DNA of 64,000 bases, taken from the human T2T-CHM13v2.0 reference genome, Homo sapiens. This document shows positions 17,654 to 31,778 of this stretch, one piece after another (the stretch's first letter is position 1; every line of letters begins with the position of its first letter). The stretch lies in NCBI RefSeq assembly GCF_009914755.1, contig NC_060926.1, one strand, 5' to 3'. The position numbers and the translations under genes are program-made. The notes beneath the pieces were generated by a model. It did not search any database and had not been told where the DNA came from. It saw only the letters and a program-made list of their open reading frames with translations.

Positions 17654-18108
17654 CTTTGTGGTTTTATCTACTTTTGGTCTTTGATGAAGGTGATGTACAG
17701 ATGCGTTTTTGGTGTGGATGTCCTTTCTGTTTGTTAGTTTTCCTTCTAACAGACAGGACCCTCAGCTGCAGGTCTATTGGAGTACCCAGCTGTGTGAGGT
17801 GTCAGTCTGCCCCTGCTGGGGGGTGCCTCCCAGTTAGGCTGCTCGGGGGTCAGGGGTCAGGTACCCACTTGAGGAGGCAGTCTGCCCATTCTCAGATCTC
17901 CAGCTGCGTGCTGGGAGAACCACTGCTCTCTTCAAAGCTGTCAGACAGGGACATTTAAGTCTGCAGAGGTTACTGCTGTCTTTTTGTTTGTCTGTGCCCT
18001 GCCCCCAGAGGTGGAGCCTACAGAGGCAGGCAGGCCTCCTTGAGCCGTGGTGGTCTCCACCCAGTTGGAGCTTCCTGGCTGCTTTGTTTACCTAAGCAAG
18101 CCTGGGCA

Positions 18109-18417
18109 ATGGCGGGCGCCCCTCCCCCAGCCTCGCTGCTGCCTTGCAGTTTGATTTCAGACTGCTGTGCTAGCAATGAGGGAGGCTCCGTGGGCATAGG
18201 ACCCTCACAGCCAGGTGGGGGATATAATCTCCTGGTGCGCCGTTTTTTAAGCCCGTCGGAAAAGCGCAGTATTCGGGTGGGAGTGACCCGATTTTCCAGG
18301 TGCCATCTGTCACCCGTTTCTTTGACTAGGAAAGGGAACTCCCTGACCCCTTGTGCTTCCCGAGTGAGGCAATGCCTCACCCTGCTTCGGCTCGCATACA
18401 GTGCACTCACCCACTGA
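18109..18417 (+). CDS. L1 antisense ORF0 (open, 102 aa, C-terminally longer than the ~71-aa L1HS form)
   Basis: MAGAPPPASLLPCSLISDCCASN...RRFLSPSEKRSIRVGVTRFSRC starts at ATG 18109 in a strong Kozak context (gcaATGG). Expression not shown. Confidence 0.6.
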   Translation: MAGAPPPASLLPCSLISDCCASNEGGSVGIGPSQPGGGYNLLVRRFLSPSEKRSIRVGVTRFSRCHLSPVSLTRKGNSLTPCASRVRQCLTLLRLAYSALTH

Positions 18418-18539
18418 CCTGCCCCCACTGTCTGGCACTCCCTAGTGAGATGAACCCGGTACCTCAGATGGAAATGCAGAAATCAACCATCTTCTGCATC
18501 GCTCATGCTGGGAGCTGTAGACCGGAGCTGTTCCTATTG

Positions 18540-18550
18540 GGCCATCTTGG
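18540..18550 (-). promoter_or_regulatory. YY1 site of the L1 internal sense promoter
   Basis: Minus strand reads CCAAGATGGCC at about +11 to +21 of the L1, the canonical L1 YY1 element. Confidence 0.75.
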
Positions 18551-18659
18551 CTTCTCCCCCAAAACCACGTTTTTATTTAGCTTGTTTGATATGTGGTTCA
18601 CACACACACACACACACTTATTCTGGCTTCACTAAATTGGAATTCTCCAGTTACATGTA

Positions 18660-18790
18660 AGTATACTATGAACTTTTCAAAGGCAGCAACTGTCTTTGTT
18701 TCTGTATGTCTAGCACCTAACACAGCTATCAGAGCCCATATCAAGCCATAGGAAATTGATTGTGGTTTAGGGGATGAATTAATTACCAAT
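18660..18790 (+). mobile_element. L2 LINE 3' end fragment
   Basis: aaggcagcaactgtctttgttt..tctagcacctaacacag..gatgaattaat resembles the L2 3' terminus. Confidence 0.45.
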
Positions 18791-20784
18791 TAACAGATAG
18801 ATTTATGAAAAATAAATTCATGTCAGAAAATCTAAATTCTAAGCAATTTTGTTTACCTCTGACTGTTTGTGGAGCTTCTTTTCTCTTTATTTCCTCAAGC
18901 CTCACTATTGCAATTACAACTTTAAGAATCCTTTGATTCTTCATCTCTGAGGCATATGTTCTTTAAAAAATAACAATAATTTCCATTTGAAAAACCTCAA
19001 ATTAGACTTGATAACTTTAATTTAGAAAAACATCAAAACAATCTATGTTCCCTCAGTATACAAATTTGAATAAAGTTGCATTTAAATAAGTTCTCACATT
19101 CATACAGAGTATCTTCAATTTGTGGATTTCAAATGCAAAATAGAGACTTCACATTGCTTAGAAAATGGTCCTTTGGGATCTAAACTTATTATAATTGAAG
19201 TGTGAAGTCCTAATTGTGTTACTTTGTGTAATGTATCTTCTATATAGATATTACTCAATGCCTGCAAATTCAAGAAGTGGGAAATGGAGTTGGTATAATG
19301 CAAGGGAGATTTATGCTAAGAAGGTTCTGTGTTGTCACGATTAAAAATTTTCCACACATTATATGAATCCTATTGATCATTGCAGGAAGCAGAAAAGTGT
19401 GCTGTTCATTGATTTTCTGTGGCTACTGAATGCATTAGGTCTGACACTTTTGATGGGTAGGCAGGTTTTCAAAGGAAGTTCAGTGAAGCTAATCTTAGTT
19501 CAGAGGAATATTCACAATGGAATAAGAAACCTTGTAATTGCAAGAGAAAATACAAGAGTGAGAGGACTATATTATGAGCCATATCAGCATAAAAATTTGA
19601 CAAGAGACACTTTCCAGGAGACCATAATAAAACATATCAACGTTTTGAAGCTGTTTTTCACAAATGTGGCAATTATTAGATAAATTGGGTTTTGGCTTTT
19701 TCACCCTTCAGCCAAGACAGTGAAGCAAAGCAATTACTTCTTTTATCTTCTTAGCTAAGGGAAGTCATCAGAAGTCTGTCAAGTTCATAAAAATATAAGT
19801 GAATAAATTACATAATTGAATCACATAAGTGAAACTGATAGCAATGAATTCAATATTTTATTTCTAATTCTCTTCACTATTGTACTGGTTTCTTAAAATA
19901 CAAATTTTCATCCATCAGTTTTATCAAAGACTACTAAAGTAGAGAGAGTGATAGAAAATTCAAATCATAAAGACTTATTCTACCCTGGGAATTAATTCTT
20001 ATTTTAAAATTAAAGCTAGAAAGTATGATCTTATATCCCTGTTGGAATCTGTCTTAATGACTTATTAATACAATGTCAGAGTACAATATTACTTATCAGT
20101 AGTACAAAATAGTGTCAAAGTGCTATGTGTATTTTTCCAGTACATTAAGTACCAGGGCACTGTGTCTCTTTCAGGTGATGATTAATTAAATTAGCATAAC
20201 CCAAGTGGTCTTTTATGCCCACAAACAAACATATACTTCGTAATTGGCCTTCTCATTTTTTTTCAATCATTTAGCATGCAAGCATACAACTTAAATTTAT
20301 AAGAGTAAATGATGACTTATAGACTTTCGATATCATATTCCAATTTAATGAAATCCTCTCCCTGGGCACAGTAACATTTTTCCTCACTGCTTTTAGAAAT
20401 TTGCCTTCAATATAGAAAGCTACTGTAAATTATCAATCATGTGGCGTATTTGAATTTAAAAATATTTTACTTTGTGATTATCAAAATGTTATGAGAATTA
20501 AGTATATTAAATTATTACAACAGCTATATTATTTCATTACTAGTATTTACCACATGGGGTTTTGGGGTTGACATCTGTTCAGGACAAGCATTTCAAAATC
20601 TGGTCAAGAAAAGGGTTTAATGCAAGGTTCTGAGGCTTTGAATTTGAGAAAGATGGGGTGAACAGGATTTCCTGTGTTTATTGGTGTTTTCTGAGAAAAT
20701 TAATTACAATATCCAGATATGAATCTATAACTTTATACCATAAGTCTAATGTTCTTTTTTCATGTTCCAGTTTTATCTGGTAGT

Positions 20785-20917
20785 CCTCCTCCCCTTTCCC
20801 TCTCCCCTTTCCCCTCCCCTTCCCCCTCTCCTTCCCCCTCCCCTTCCCCCTCCCCTTCCCCCTCCCCTTCCCCCTCCCCTTCCCCTTCCCCTTCCCCTTC
20901 CCCTTCTCCTTCTTCTT
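20785..20917. repeat. Polypyrimidine/polypurine tract, (CCCCTT/CCCCCT)n
   Basis: Directly visible ~130-bp pure C/T tract; source of the spurious PS- and EG-repeat ORFs. Confidence 0.9.
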
Positions 20918-20943
20918 GCATTAAATTAATTCCCCAAAAAGTA

Positions 20944-21247
<304 letters not shown>

Positions 21248-21719
21248 CTAAGAAAGATCTGCTCTAGTTGAGTAAAAGACCCTTGGTTCTGTAACCCAAT
21301 AGACTATTACAAAGGTATGTAATCTTACCTCTTTAAAATGATTTTGGCTCCTCTCCCCCCACCCTCTGCCTCTGAAAAACTAAATCCTATGACTTTTTTT
21401 TTTTTTCCATGCCCCTTACATCTTTTGCCTTAAAGAGCCAGGCTCTGTTTTCCTTATGGTACATTTGAAAATATTCATTTTAATTTTTTTCCAGAAATGA
21501 TGACATCAGAAAAATACAATTGCTGTAAAGAAAGCAAAAAAATTCTAATGATAGGATTTATTCTGGGAAATGTATATTTTGTAGCTGAGATTACATGATG
21601 CTGTACTGAACTTGACCAAAAACTTACCAAGAAAATAGTATTACACATAGAGTAATGTAGGTGAAGAAGGCTACAATAAAACTTCATATTGTATTCCAGT
21701 CTAGAAATTGGAAGGATTG

Positions 21720-22045
21720 AGGATAGTTTAGGGTTTTGTTGAGAGGATAAAGACCAAAGTGATGAGAGGCTGGAGTTTATGTCAAACGAATAACTGAGGA
21801 AAAACAGGATGTTTCGTTTAGTGAGAGATTAAGCCAGAGGCTTTGATAATTCTCTCCAAATATTTGAGAGGCTGTTTCATGAAAACGACTCCATTTTGGT
21901 CTTGTGTATTTCAGCAGAAACAATGGGTAAAAGTTGCAGAGACAAATGTGTGGTTCAATAAAAGGATAAACATATTATTTCAAGAGTTAGAGATTCACAA
22001 AGAAGGAATGATCTGACCCATAACATTGGAGGCATCAAAGCATTT
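21720..22045 (+). mobile_element. L3/CR1 LINE 3' fragment
   Basis: Colinear with the recalled CR1/L3 3' end (aggatgtttcgtttag; tccaaatatttgagaggctgt; caatgggtaaaagttgcagagacaaat; ggaggcatcaaagc). Confidence 0.6.
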
Positions 22046-22837
22046 ATGCACTTGATATATGATCTTTCCTAAAAAGGTAGTATTGTTTTCTTAGGCTTAT
22101 AGTCTTAGAAAATAATAACTTTAGAAACTATTGAAGTTTTCATAATAGGTAGTCAATTTAATATAGAAAAAAATGATCTCTAAAAGTTGAGGCTTTGTTG
22201 ACATTTCACCCTACTCACTGTATTTTCATTTGAAGTCCCTATATAAGACAATTCAAAAAATAAAAATAAAAATCTCATACTGCCTCTGTCATGTCAATTT
22301 AAAATGGCACCTTTTGTAGAATTTATATCTGTATTAGCACCCCGACATTTTCTATCCTTTTTTTCCCTCTAGGTGTCAAAACGCATTACAAGGTACTTAT
22401 GGTGATCAGTTCTGAGACAGAATGGTAGAAATGAGATAAAATGTAAATGAAGAAAAATGATTCTTAAGTAGCAAGGTATAATCTAAATTACCTTCTGTCA
22501 AGCTTTAAAAGACATACAGAAAGAGCTACATAACCTTTATGCTCCACAAATTTGTATGATAAGATTTATTTATTTGTCTTAAATGTTGCTGACACCCCAA
22601 AGGCAAATCCCTGGAAATCAAGAGTTATGGCTGCAGATTTTTGCCTCTGTAAAATATAAACAAATTTAGTGAGAGTGGCCATTGAAAGTATAAACCATGG
22701 TCTTTATTTTCAGTGATACAGAAAAAAAAATAAAGCTGTTTTTCTCTATTTCATCATGTTAGATGCTTTATCTTCCAGCAAACCAAACAGTCCGTTCATG
22801 GGTTTTGCCTTCACAACTCTCTTCAGGAATATGTGAC

Positions 22838-23201
22838 CCACGCTGCTAAAAAGAACTGCCTGAGACTGGGTAATTTATAAAGTAAAGGGGTTTAGCTAAC
22901 TCACAGTTCCACATTGCTGGGTGGTGAGTGGTGCTCAGGAAGCTTACAATCATGGTGGAAGGGGAAGCAAACATGTTCTTCTTCACATGGTGGCAGGAGA
23001 GAGAAGTGCAGAACAAAGGGGGAAAGCCCCTTATAAAACTATCAGATACTGTGAGAACTCACTATCATGAGAACTGCATGGAGGAACCACCTCCATGATC
23101 TAATTACCTCCCATGAGGTCCCTCCCCCAATACAGGGGGATTACAATTTGGATTACAATTCAAGATGGGATTTTAGTTGGTGACACAGCCAAACCATATC
23201 A
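22838..23201 (-). mobile_element. MaLR LTR, THE1C/THE1D-like
   Basis: cctgagactgggtaatttataaag; gaagcaaacatgttcttcttcacatggtggcagg; ends ..acacagccaaaccatatca. Confidence 0.85.
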
Positions 23202-25374
23202 AGATAGTAATCACGTTTTTTTTTAAATCATTCTGTTTGAATATATTATCACTATTTATCTATTATAAAAGCCTTCTTTATTTAGATAAATCATCCTGTA
23301 TATCTGAGATCTGTGGCCCATAGAAATAACAAGGTTAAAGTGTTAACAAGAAATCAATGAAGTCATATATGTTTGAGGTTTAAACAAATCATGAAATGAA
23401 GATCATGTTATTCATTCATGAGCATTATTTATTGTTATTTCACTGTTTACCAACTGCAATTAAGTGATACATATTTTAAGATGAAATTTTGTGAAAATTG
23501 TAGGAATCACTCTTTCCTCTTAAATAAGTTTTATGTGTTAAAATTAAGCGTCAGTGTTTCCTTTCAGGTTTTATATTTATCCCCAAAGGGAGAAGTAAAA
23601 TCATCACACAGCAGAACAATGGGAGTAAATTGTAGAATTTATCTATCAGGAATATAAAGGATAGGATCATTTTTGAAAGATAACATTCTGAAATGTTTAC
23701 ACATTCTAAATCTCATAGATATGCTGTTATCTGGAATCTGAAAAAAAGGAATAAAGAACAGTTTTACATTTCAAATGGTTCCCCAAGCAATAATGTAGAT
23801 GAAAACAATTATAATTTAACTTTCTTACAACCAGAAAAAAATGCCTGTCAATTGGAATATCAGCCTATTGTCAATAAAAGTGATTCTCTGAACTTAATTT
23901 CAAAATACCTTACCAGTATTCCTTGAACATAAGAAAGTGCTAGCAGGAAGGACTCCAGAGTATATGTGAAATAGGTTTAAAGGAAAAAAACTAATAAAAG
24001 TAAACAAACAAATATATAAAATATGTTACTATTGTTTTCTATTTTATTTTTTGAAAAATATTTTTAAATATACCATTTCACCCTTAATTTTAACACATAA
24101 AACTTTTTTTCTTTTTTGTAGATCTGTCTCTATGAAAGAAAAGATTGTAGGTAGGCATTATGCAATCTATCAGTGAAAGGGATGTGTGAATGTGCCCTTG
24201 AGTACCAGCCATTAGAATGACAGATCACTGCATTTTCTCTTCAGTTAGAAATTCTACTACCCCTGGAAATACTGATAACTTTTTGGAAGACTGTATCTAT
24301 ACCGTTTCATCTAGTCTTTATTGATATATGATTTTAAAATATTTTATTGGTTGGTACAGACAGCACTAATGATGCATGTAGCTTGCCAAAATAGACATTT
24401 TTGTTTATAAATGTTAGGAGAATTTTGTATAATCTTAGATACCACATACCTTACCTGGGGAAACTGAAAATGAAATATCACATTTTATTTTCGTATTTGA
24501 CTTTCCAAAGTCGGATACCATAAATATGAGCTTTGAAATTTATTGAGCTCCAATGATGTTCTTTGCCAGATCAAATATTCTACTGCAATTTCAATTTACT
24601 AAATTTATGTGTGAAAATTAAAATTTAATCTTAAAAAGTTTAAATATCACTGGTATTATTATTCCCTAAATTAAGTTTTTATTTTTGTAAGTCTTAAAAC
24701 TTTGGGAGTAACTGGGGTACAAATTAACAAAGCACAGTCCATTTATTTCATCAAAAATTCACAGCAGATTTCAACCTGCTTGAGAAATGCTTAATTTAAA
24801 TAGAAATAAAATGTGCTTACATGAATAAAAATTAGTGATAACTTTCCATTTCCTGATATGCATATTGTGACATTAAAAATTATGTAACATTTTATTTAAG
24901 GTATATAGAGAAAGTGTCATCAGTAAATTGTTGTTTCTTGTCCACTAAAACTTGCTTTTAGATATTCTATATTGCCAAATAACTCTTACTAATTTTTTTT
25001 TTGTTTAGTTTTCTTTGTTGTACTTCTTCAAATAATGGTTATTCTCTGGAATTTCCAGCAACGTGGTGAACTAAGTTGATCTAAATGTACTCTGAATACT
25101 GAGAAATACTGGGGAAAATATGTGCAGAACAACTGAATTATGAAAAAGGAAATAAAAATATCCATATTCCACAAATGAAGAAGTAAAATAATGTTGGTTT
25201 TGAGGGTGCCAGTCTATGCAGCTCAGATAGTTCCAGAATTTTAGCACCAAGGTAACAAAAGGACATAAACTACAGTCCTTCTGGATGAGAGGATGATATG
25301 TTGATACCTGTAAGAATCCAAATCATGGAAGTGATTCCTCTATGAGTTGAGAATAAGTAAAATTCACCTTGAAA

Positions 25375-26797
25375 TGACAGTAATCAAAATAGTGTGGTAC
25401 TGGTATAATGAGAGGCATGTAAACCAATGAAAAAGAATATATAGCTCAGAAATAAAACCTTCTATATAGGTTCACATTATTTTCAACACAAATGCCAAGG
25501 CCATGCAATGGAGAAAGATTACTCTTCTAAACAAATTATGTTGGGAAAACTGGATGACTACATGCAAATGAATGAAATTGGACCCTTGCCTTGTGACTTA
25601 TACAAAAACCAACTCAAAATGAATTAAAGACCTAAACATAAGAGCTAAATGTCTACAGCTCTTAGAAGAAAACACAGCAGAAAAGATTCATGACACTGGA
25701 TTTGGCAATTATTTGTTGGATATAACATCAAAAACTCACAAAAGAAAAAAATGGGTAAATTGTACTTGATAAAAATTAAAAACATCTGTTTATCGAAGGA
25801 CATTCTCAACAGATTAAAAATTTAAGGAATGAAAAATAATTGCAAATAATGTATCTAATATGAAATTAATATCCAGATTATATAAAGAATTCCTATGACT
25901 CAACTACAAAAAAAGTTGATTCAAAAATAAACAAAATACTTGAATATACATTTCTCTCCAAAGCAGATAAACAAATAGCCAATAAACACTTGAAAAAAAG
26001 CTCAGAATTTGTAATCATCAGGTAAATGCCAATCACAACCAAAGAGATAGCACTTTATACCTGTTAGAATGGGATGGCTATTACTAAAAACAACGACAAC
26101 AACAACAAGAACCACCAAGAAAATAATGTGTTGGCAAAGATGTGGAGAAAGTGGAAATCTTGTGTATTGATGGTGGGAATGTAAAATGGTGAATCTGGTA
26201 TGGAACACAGTAATCTATATAGCAGAAAATTAAAAATAGAATTACCATATGGTCCAGCAATTCTGACTATATTTCCAAAAAGATAGAAAACAAGGACTTG
26301 AACAGATATTTGTGGACCCAAGTTCATAATTAACATTACACACAGTAGTCAAAGGGAAGTAATCTAAGTGTCCATTGATAGATGTACTGATAAATAAAAT
26401 GACGTAGATACATAGGATATTTTTCAGCCTTAAAAAGAACATTCTGGCACCGGATGCAGCATAGATGAACTCTAAAGACATGATAAATGAAATAAGCTGG
26501 TCACAGAAGGGAAAAGTACTGCATAAATTCACGTATGTGAGATGCTTAGATTTGTCAAATTCATAGAAACACAAAGTAACATGGTGGTTACCTGAGACTG
26601 GGGGGAGAATAAAAAAGAGTCATTGTTTAATGGGTACTGAATTTCAGATAGGGAAGATGAAGAGTTTTGGAGAAGGATGGTGGTGATGATTGTACAACAC
26701 TGTGATTGTACTTCATGCCACTGAACTGTACACTTAAAGATGGCTAAAATGGATGGTAAATTTTATGTTATATATTCTTTACCATAATTTTTAAAAA
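25375..26797 (+). mobile_element. L1MB-type LINE-1, 3' fragment (end of ORF2 plus 3'UTR)
   Basis: acagtaatcaaaatagtgtggtactgg..; 3'UTR ggtgatgattgtacaacactgtg..gccactgaactgtacacttaaa..ttttaccataattttt. Confidence 0.8.
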
Positions 26798-28780
26798 AGC
26801 AAAGCTCAGTTGGGTGGCAGAGAAACTTGTAACATAACTGTATTTTATGAATTATGTTACATTCTCTTCAAAAAGTCAATAAATTTACTTGAAAATATGG
26901 CTACCCAAGCTGGTATAACCTAACTCACTGTGAATCAGCTAGTCAGTTATCTAGCTAGTTAAAATTACCTGTGTCATTTATGTGTATATCCATTGTAAGA
27001 AAATGTGTGCTATAAAATTTAAAACATACATTTTCTAGTAATTTTTATACTTATGATACATGAATAGGCAAATGTAGTTATAAGAAAAACTTTTCTTATG
27101 TGTTGCTTTGGACACGTTATCTAGCAAGGACAATGTGTTTCTCTGAGGCTTTGGTGGCCATTTCCTATTTCCATTACTTTCCTTTCACTGTAATTTTGAA
27201 GAGGTAACAGATTTTATTCTCTTCATTCAAAATAAATTATTTAATTGCTGAGGGGAGGAAATAAAAGGCAAATATATAATTTAGATATTATCTACCATAT
27301 ATGTTGTCTCATAACAGATATTGGACACTAAGAAATATTTATTTGAACTGAATAAATGAGTTTCAATTGAAACTTTATTTCAGGTTGATTTTAAGCTTTC
27401 AGCAGATATTTACACTTGTTCAAGAAATTAAAATCCAATATATTTTTATTTAAATAGTTATTTATTGGTTGTGAGTACTTATTGCTTTTAAATGTATAAT
27501 TATAAAAATACTTTATAATTAGTGAAAAAAAGACTTCAACAAATTAACTCCAATATATGTTGCTCACATAACAATTTTAAATTGATATATTACCTTAAAC
27601 TGCACTGCAACCATATATTTTTAGCTTTCTTACTGAATTTAATAAAATATTCCTGTGAAGTCTTTATAGTTATAAACATTTTTGATGATAATTTCATTTT
27701 GGATCAATGTTTCTTCCTCCTGGCAGGAAATATTTTATTTAAGTTGGTCTGCTGACTATAATATTTCTGCTAAATGTAGTGAGGAAAAAATAATTTAAAT
27801 TTTAAATTCATTTTAATTTGATTACTAAATACCCTTTAGGGACAACATTTTTCTGTCAAGATAATTAATAATTTTAAAATATGTTTTCAATATGTATTTG
27901 CCTGCAAGAAAATATATAATACAATGTCTTGGGAGAACATCCATTGTATATTTCTAACTGTGATATTTTCTATGTAACTGCTTGGAATGTGGCTACATTA
28001 ATATCCAAAATTAAACATAAAAGATACAAATTGTTTTTTGTAAAGTCAGCCCCTGAGATAATAGCTTACTAATATCAAAAATAACTAAAATATTTTGCTT
28101 CTATCAGCTTAACCAGTTTCTAATTTGTTTCCCTGAATTGTATCCAGATCCTTACTGATACAACTATTTCACTTTACAAGCTCTTTCTCTCATATCTACA
28201 TTTCCAAAATACATATTGAGTGACTATTATCTGAATGAAATTCTTTTAACCTTTGTTCAAAACATTAATGTTTTCAAAGGAGAGGAACAAAACAATGCTA
28301 AGTAAAGTGCGTATTGAGAAAACTCAAGCACTGAGCGTAAGTTATTATTTTCATTTGCAAATGATAGCACAAGGCAGGTGGCATTATTTTTTTCTTTTCT
28401 AATTGTTTTGTTTTTTGAATCAAGTGGAGAAACACCTTTCATGACTTGGGAAAGAGTGCTATTTGTAAAAGTTTTATTCTCCGATGATTAAAATATTTAT
28501 AGATATCAAAAGGTGGGTGAATGGTAGTGAATGTTGAGATGGGGTAGAGAAGAATGTGTTTAAGGGAGTCATTGATACCAAACCAGAATGCAGGCCTAGC
28601 TCATATGGAAAAACAAAACAAAGCAAAACAAAACAAAACATGGAAGTGTTTTAAACTTGATTTAGTGGGAGATAGAAATCAATCTTTTAATGAAAATCCA
28701 AAGCTAATATTAGAATAAAGCTGGATTATCAAGGATAAACCTTTTCTATAAATACTGTGTTGAATAAATATGTTGAGAAT

Positions 28781-29005
28781 CAGTGTGGCATAGTGAAGAA
28801 AATCTAAAACTCTAATGTTAGATCTAATGGAATGGGAATCCTGATTTTGCCTCTTGAGGGGTTATCGAATTTACTAGAAGTATGTAAATAATCTGTACCC
28901 TCATTTCATATATAAAATGTGAATAGTAAACTCTTTTGAGATTTTCTAAGAATTAAGGTAAAATGTAAAGTTCAAGTAAATGAGCTAGACTATAGAAAGT
29001 ACTGT
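28781..29005 (+). mobile_element. MIR SINE, degenerate
   Basis: cagtgtggcatagtg; ctgtaccctcatttc..taaaatgtgaatagtaa; aagaattaagg..atgtaaag. Confidence 0.5.
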
Positions 29006-30715
29006 TTATTGCTGTTGTTCTTAATTATTTATATTTTAATAATAGCATAATTACTTTGTTTTTGTAGGGAACTATCCTTCAATATGCAGACCTGTGTCTA
29101 CTGGTAGATAACCTTTACATTTTAGTCATACAGTTATGAACAAAAGCTGGATGTAGGAAAAATAATAACATAACCTTTATTGCTGTACTTATGAAATTAA
29201 AATTCTCTGAAGACAAATTTTATAGTCCATTAATTTCATGTCCTTCTTTACAGAATGCCTGCAAGTTTAATGGCCAACAATATGTTTAGGTGCAGTGCCC
29301 TTTGTACTTAAGTGTGATGCCTTAGAAAGAATTGAGAAATATTCTAACCAGTGGACCTAAACACTGGAGACTGTTATATTGATTTAGTTAAAGTGGGTCA
29401 GAAATTAACTCCTGCCACAAAGTGAAGTATTTTCTTTGGTTTTGCAAAATAAGAAAAAAAAATCAGGAATGTAGAATGCTACAATGCCAATACCAAGGAG
29501 AAGCAGTTAAAATAAGTTTAGACGTTGGTATCGGTCCTTGCTTCATTGATTTTCGTAACCTATCTTAGAAGAGGATGGCTTAGATGAAAATGCTGTAGCA
29601 GATCCTAGAAGGCTCTACAGTTTAACACTGTCAGTAAACCCCATATTTCACAGCTGAAAGTCAAGTTCTTTCTTGAGAGAGGTGTGAAGAGTGCACCTCC
29701 ATAACTGCTACAAGTGGTGAATTGTGACAGAATGATGAATAGTTGTTAGACTCCTCATTCTTTCAAATAACTAGTAATATCTGTACCTTAAGGTAGCAGT
29801 AAACAAAATGACTTCTTTGGTCATCATTATATTGCATCAACATGCATGACTAAATTTTATAATGAGGTTTGAATAATCAAAATTATGCATTTACATCCCC
29901 GTACTACATTAATTAATAATTTTTTTCAATAGTTTTACTAGGTCCTAGCCTGAAAACACCAATATCAAGATTTATTAACCAGATTAAAATTTACAGAATT
30001 AAGTTGGCAACAAAGGATTATACCCCAAAATCTTTTTGAAATTACGTTCAAAATAGGTTACTGTGTATGAAAGATAATGTATATAAAACATAATATTTTT
30101 GTTCCATACTGCATAATATTATCTAATACTTTGGAGGAAATTAGTGAATGACTATTTGCTAAAATAATGAACTGATTTATTAACTGCTTTCTTGTTGGTT
30201 ATCAACGTGTAAGTTATTGAGAAATAAAGGACATATTTAAGTAAAACCAATTTTCACCCAGAGTACGACAGCACTGGAATAAACTGCATTTGGATTTTCC
30301 AGTAGTTGTTTAAAAATTTTATTAAAATACACAACAAGTTCTCTTCTAATTTATTTCTACACCTCATTGTTTGTTTCATCTTCTTTTATTTTTTTATTCC
30401 AATGAATAAATTCCAAGCATTTATTAGTGCCTTACATACACTAATTACTGTTTTTTGAATAAATACATGCTGTTGGATAGAGTACAACACATGAGGGCAA
30501 AGAGAGGCTAGCTCTTTCTCTTTCATCAAAGTACTAACAGGAATTACCGGAACCTTTTCCTTATCTGAAAGACACTTGTAAACTCATGGTTTTCACTCTG
30601 TCTACATTTTCAAGAGAGCCAAATATTCAACATTAAAACATGACTTTAAAGAAAATAGCAGAGTAAAAATTAAAATGAAATGTTATGGATCTAGTAGTTT
30701 TCAAGAAAGATTGTG

Positions 30716-31334
<619 letters not shown>

Positions 31335-31451
31335 AAGCAAGCTGTGAATGAAGGCTTTTTCCAATCAGTTAGGACATTAAATGTCTGAGTACTTTCTTGA
31401 GCACTCATTTCAATACCAGTCCTCCAAAATAATGAGTCTACTCTAAAAGAA

Positions 31452-31647
31452 TATAAGTGGGAGCTAAACACTGAGCACACATGGACATAACATGGAAACA
31501 ACAGACATTGCAGGCTATTAGATGAGGTAGGAAAGGCAGAGGCTGTGGGTTGAAAAACTACCTGTTGGGTACTATGCTCACTACGTGGTAGCAAAATATC
31601 CATGTAACAAACCTACAAATGTATCTCCATATCTATAATAAAAGTGG
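31452..31647 (+). mobile_element. Old L1PA (L1PA15/16-like) 3'UTR fragment
   Basis: tataagtgggagctaaacactgag..tgggttgaaaaactacctgttgggtactatgctcactac..atgtaacaaacct..aataaaagt. Confidence 0.7.
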
Positions 31648-31778
31648 ATCCTAGGGAAATAGTTACAGAAATTTGGAAAGACAGTTCTGTAAGGATATTA
31701 ATCACATTATTTGTTATTGCAAAACAATTGGAAACAACCCAAATTTTGTCAGTGAAGTTTTGGTAAAATAAATTAAGA

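Noticed and set aside
19363-19683. 106-aa ORF in non-repeat DNA
   Set aside because: No recognisable domain or exon structure; this length can arise by chance in 64 kb
22789-22838. Possible ~40-bp insertion splitting the THE1 LTR terminus (agtccgtt...cacgctgct)
   Set aside because: Rests on an 8-bp match with no identifiable TSD
24446-24461. U1 snRNA 5'-end-like sequence (ataccttacctgggg)
   Set aside because: Similarity ends after ~12 nt; it is just a minus-strand splice-donor-like motif with no supportable exon
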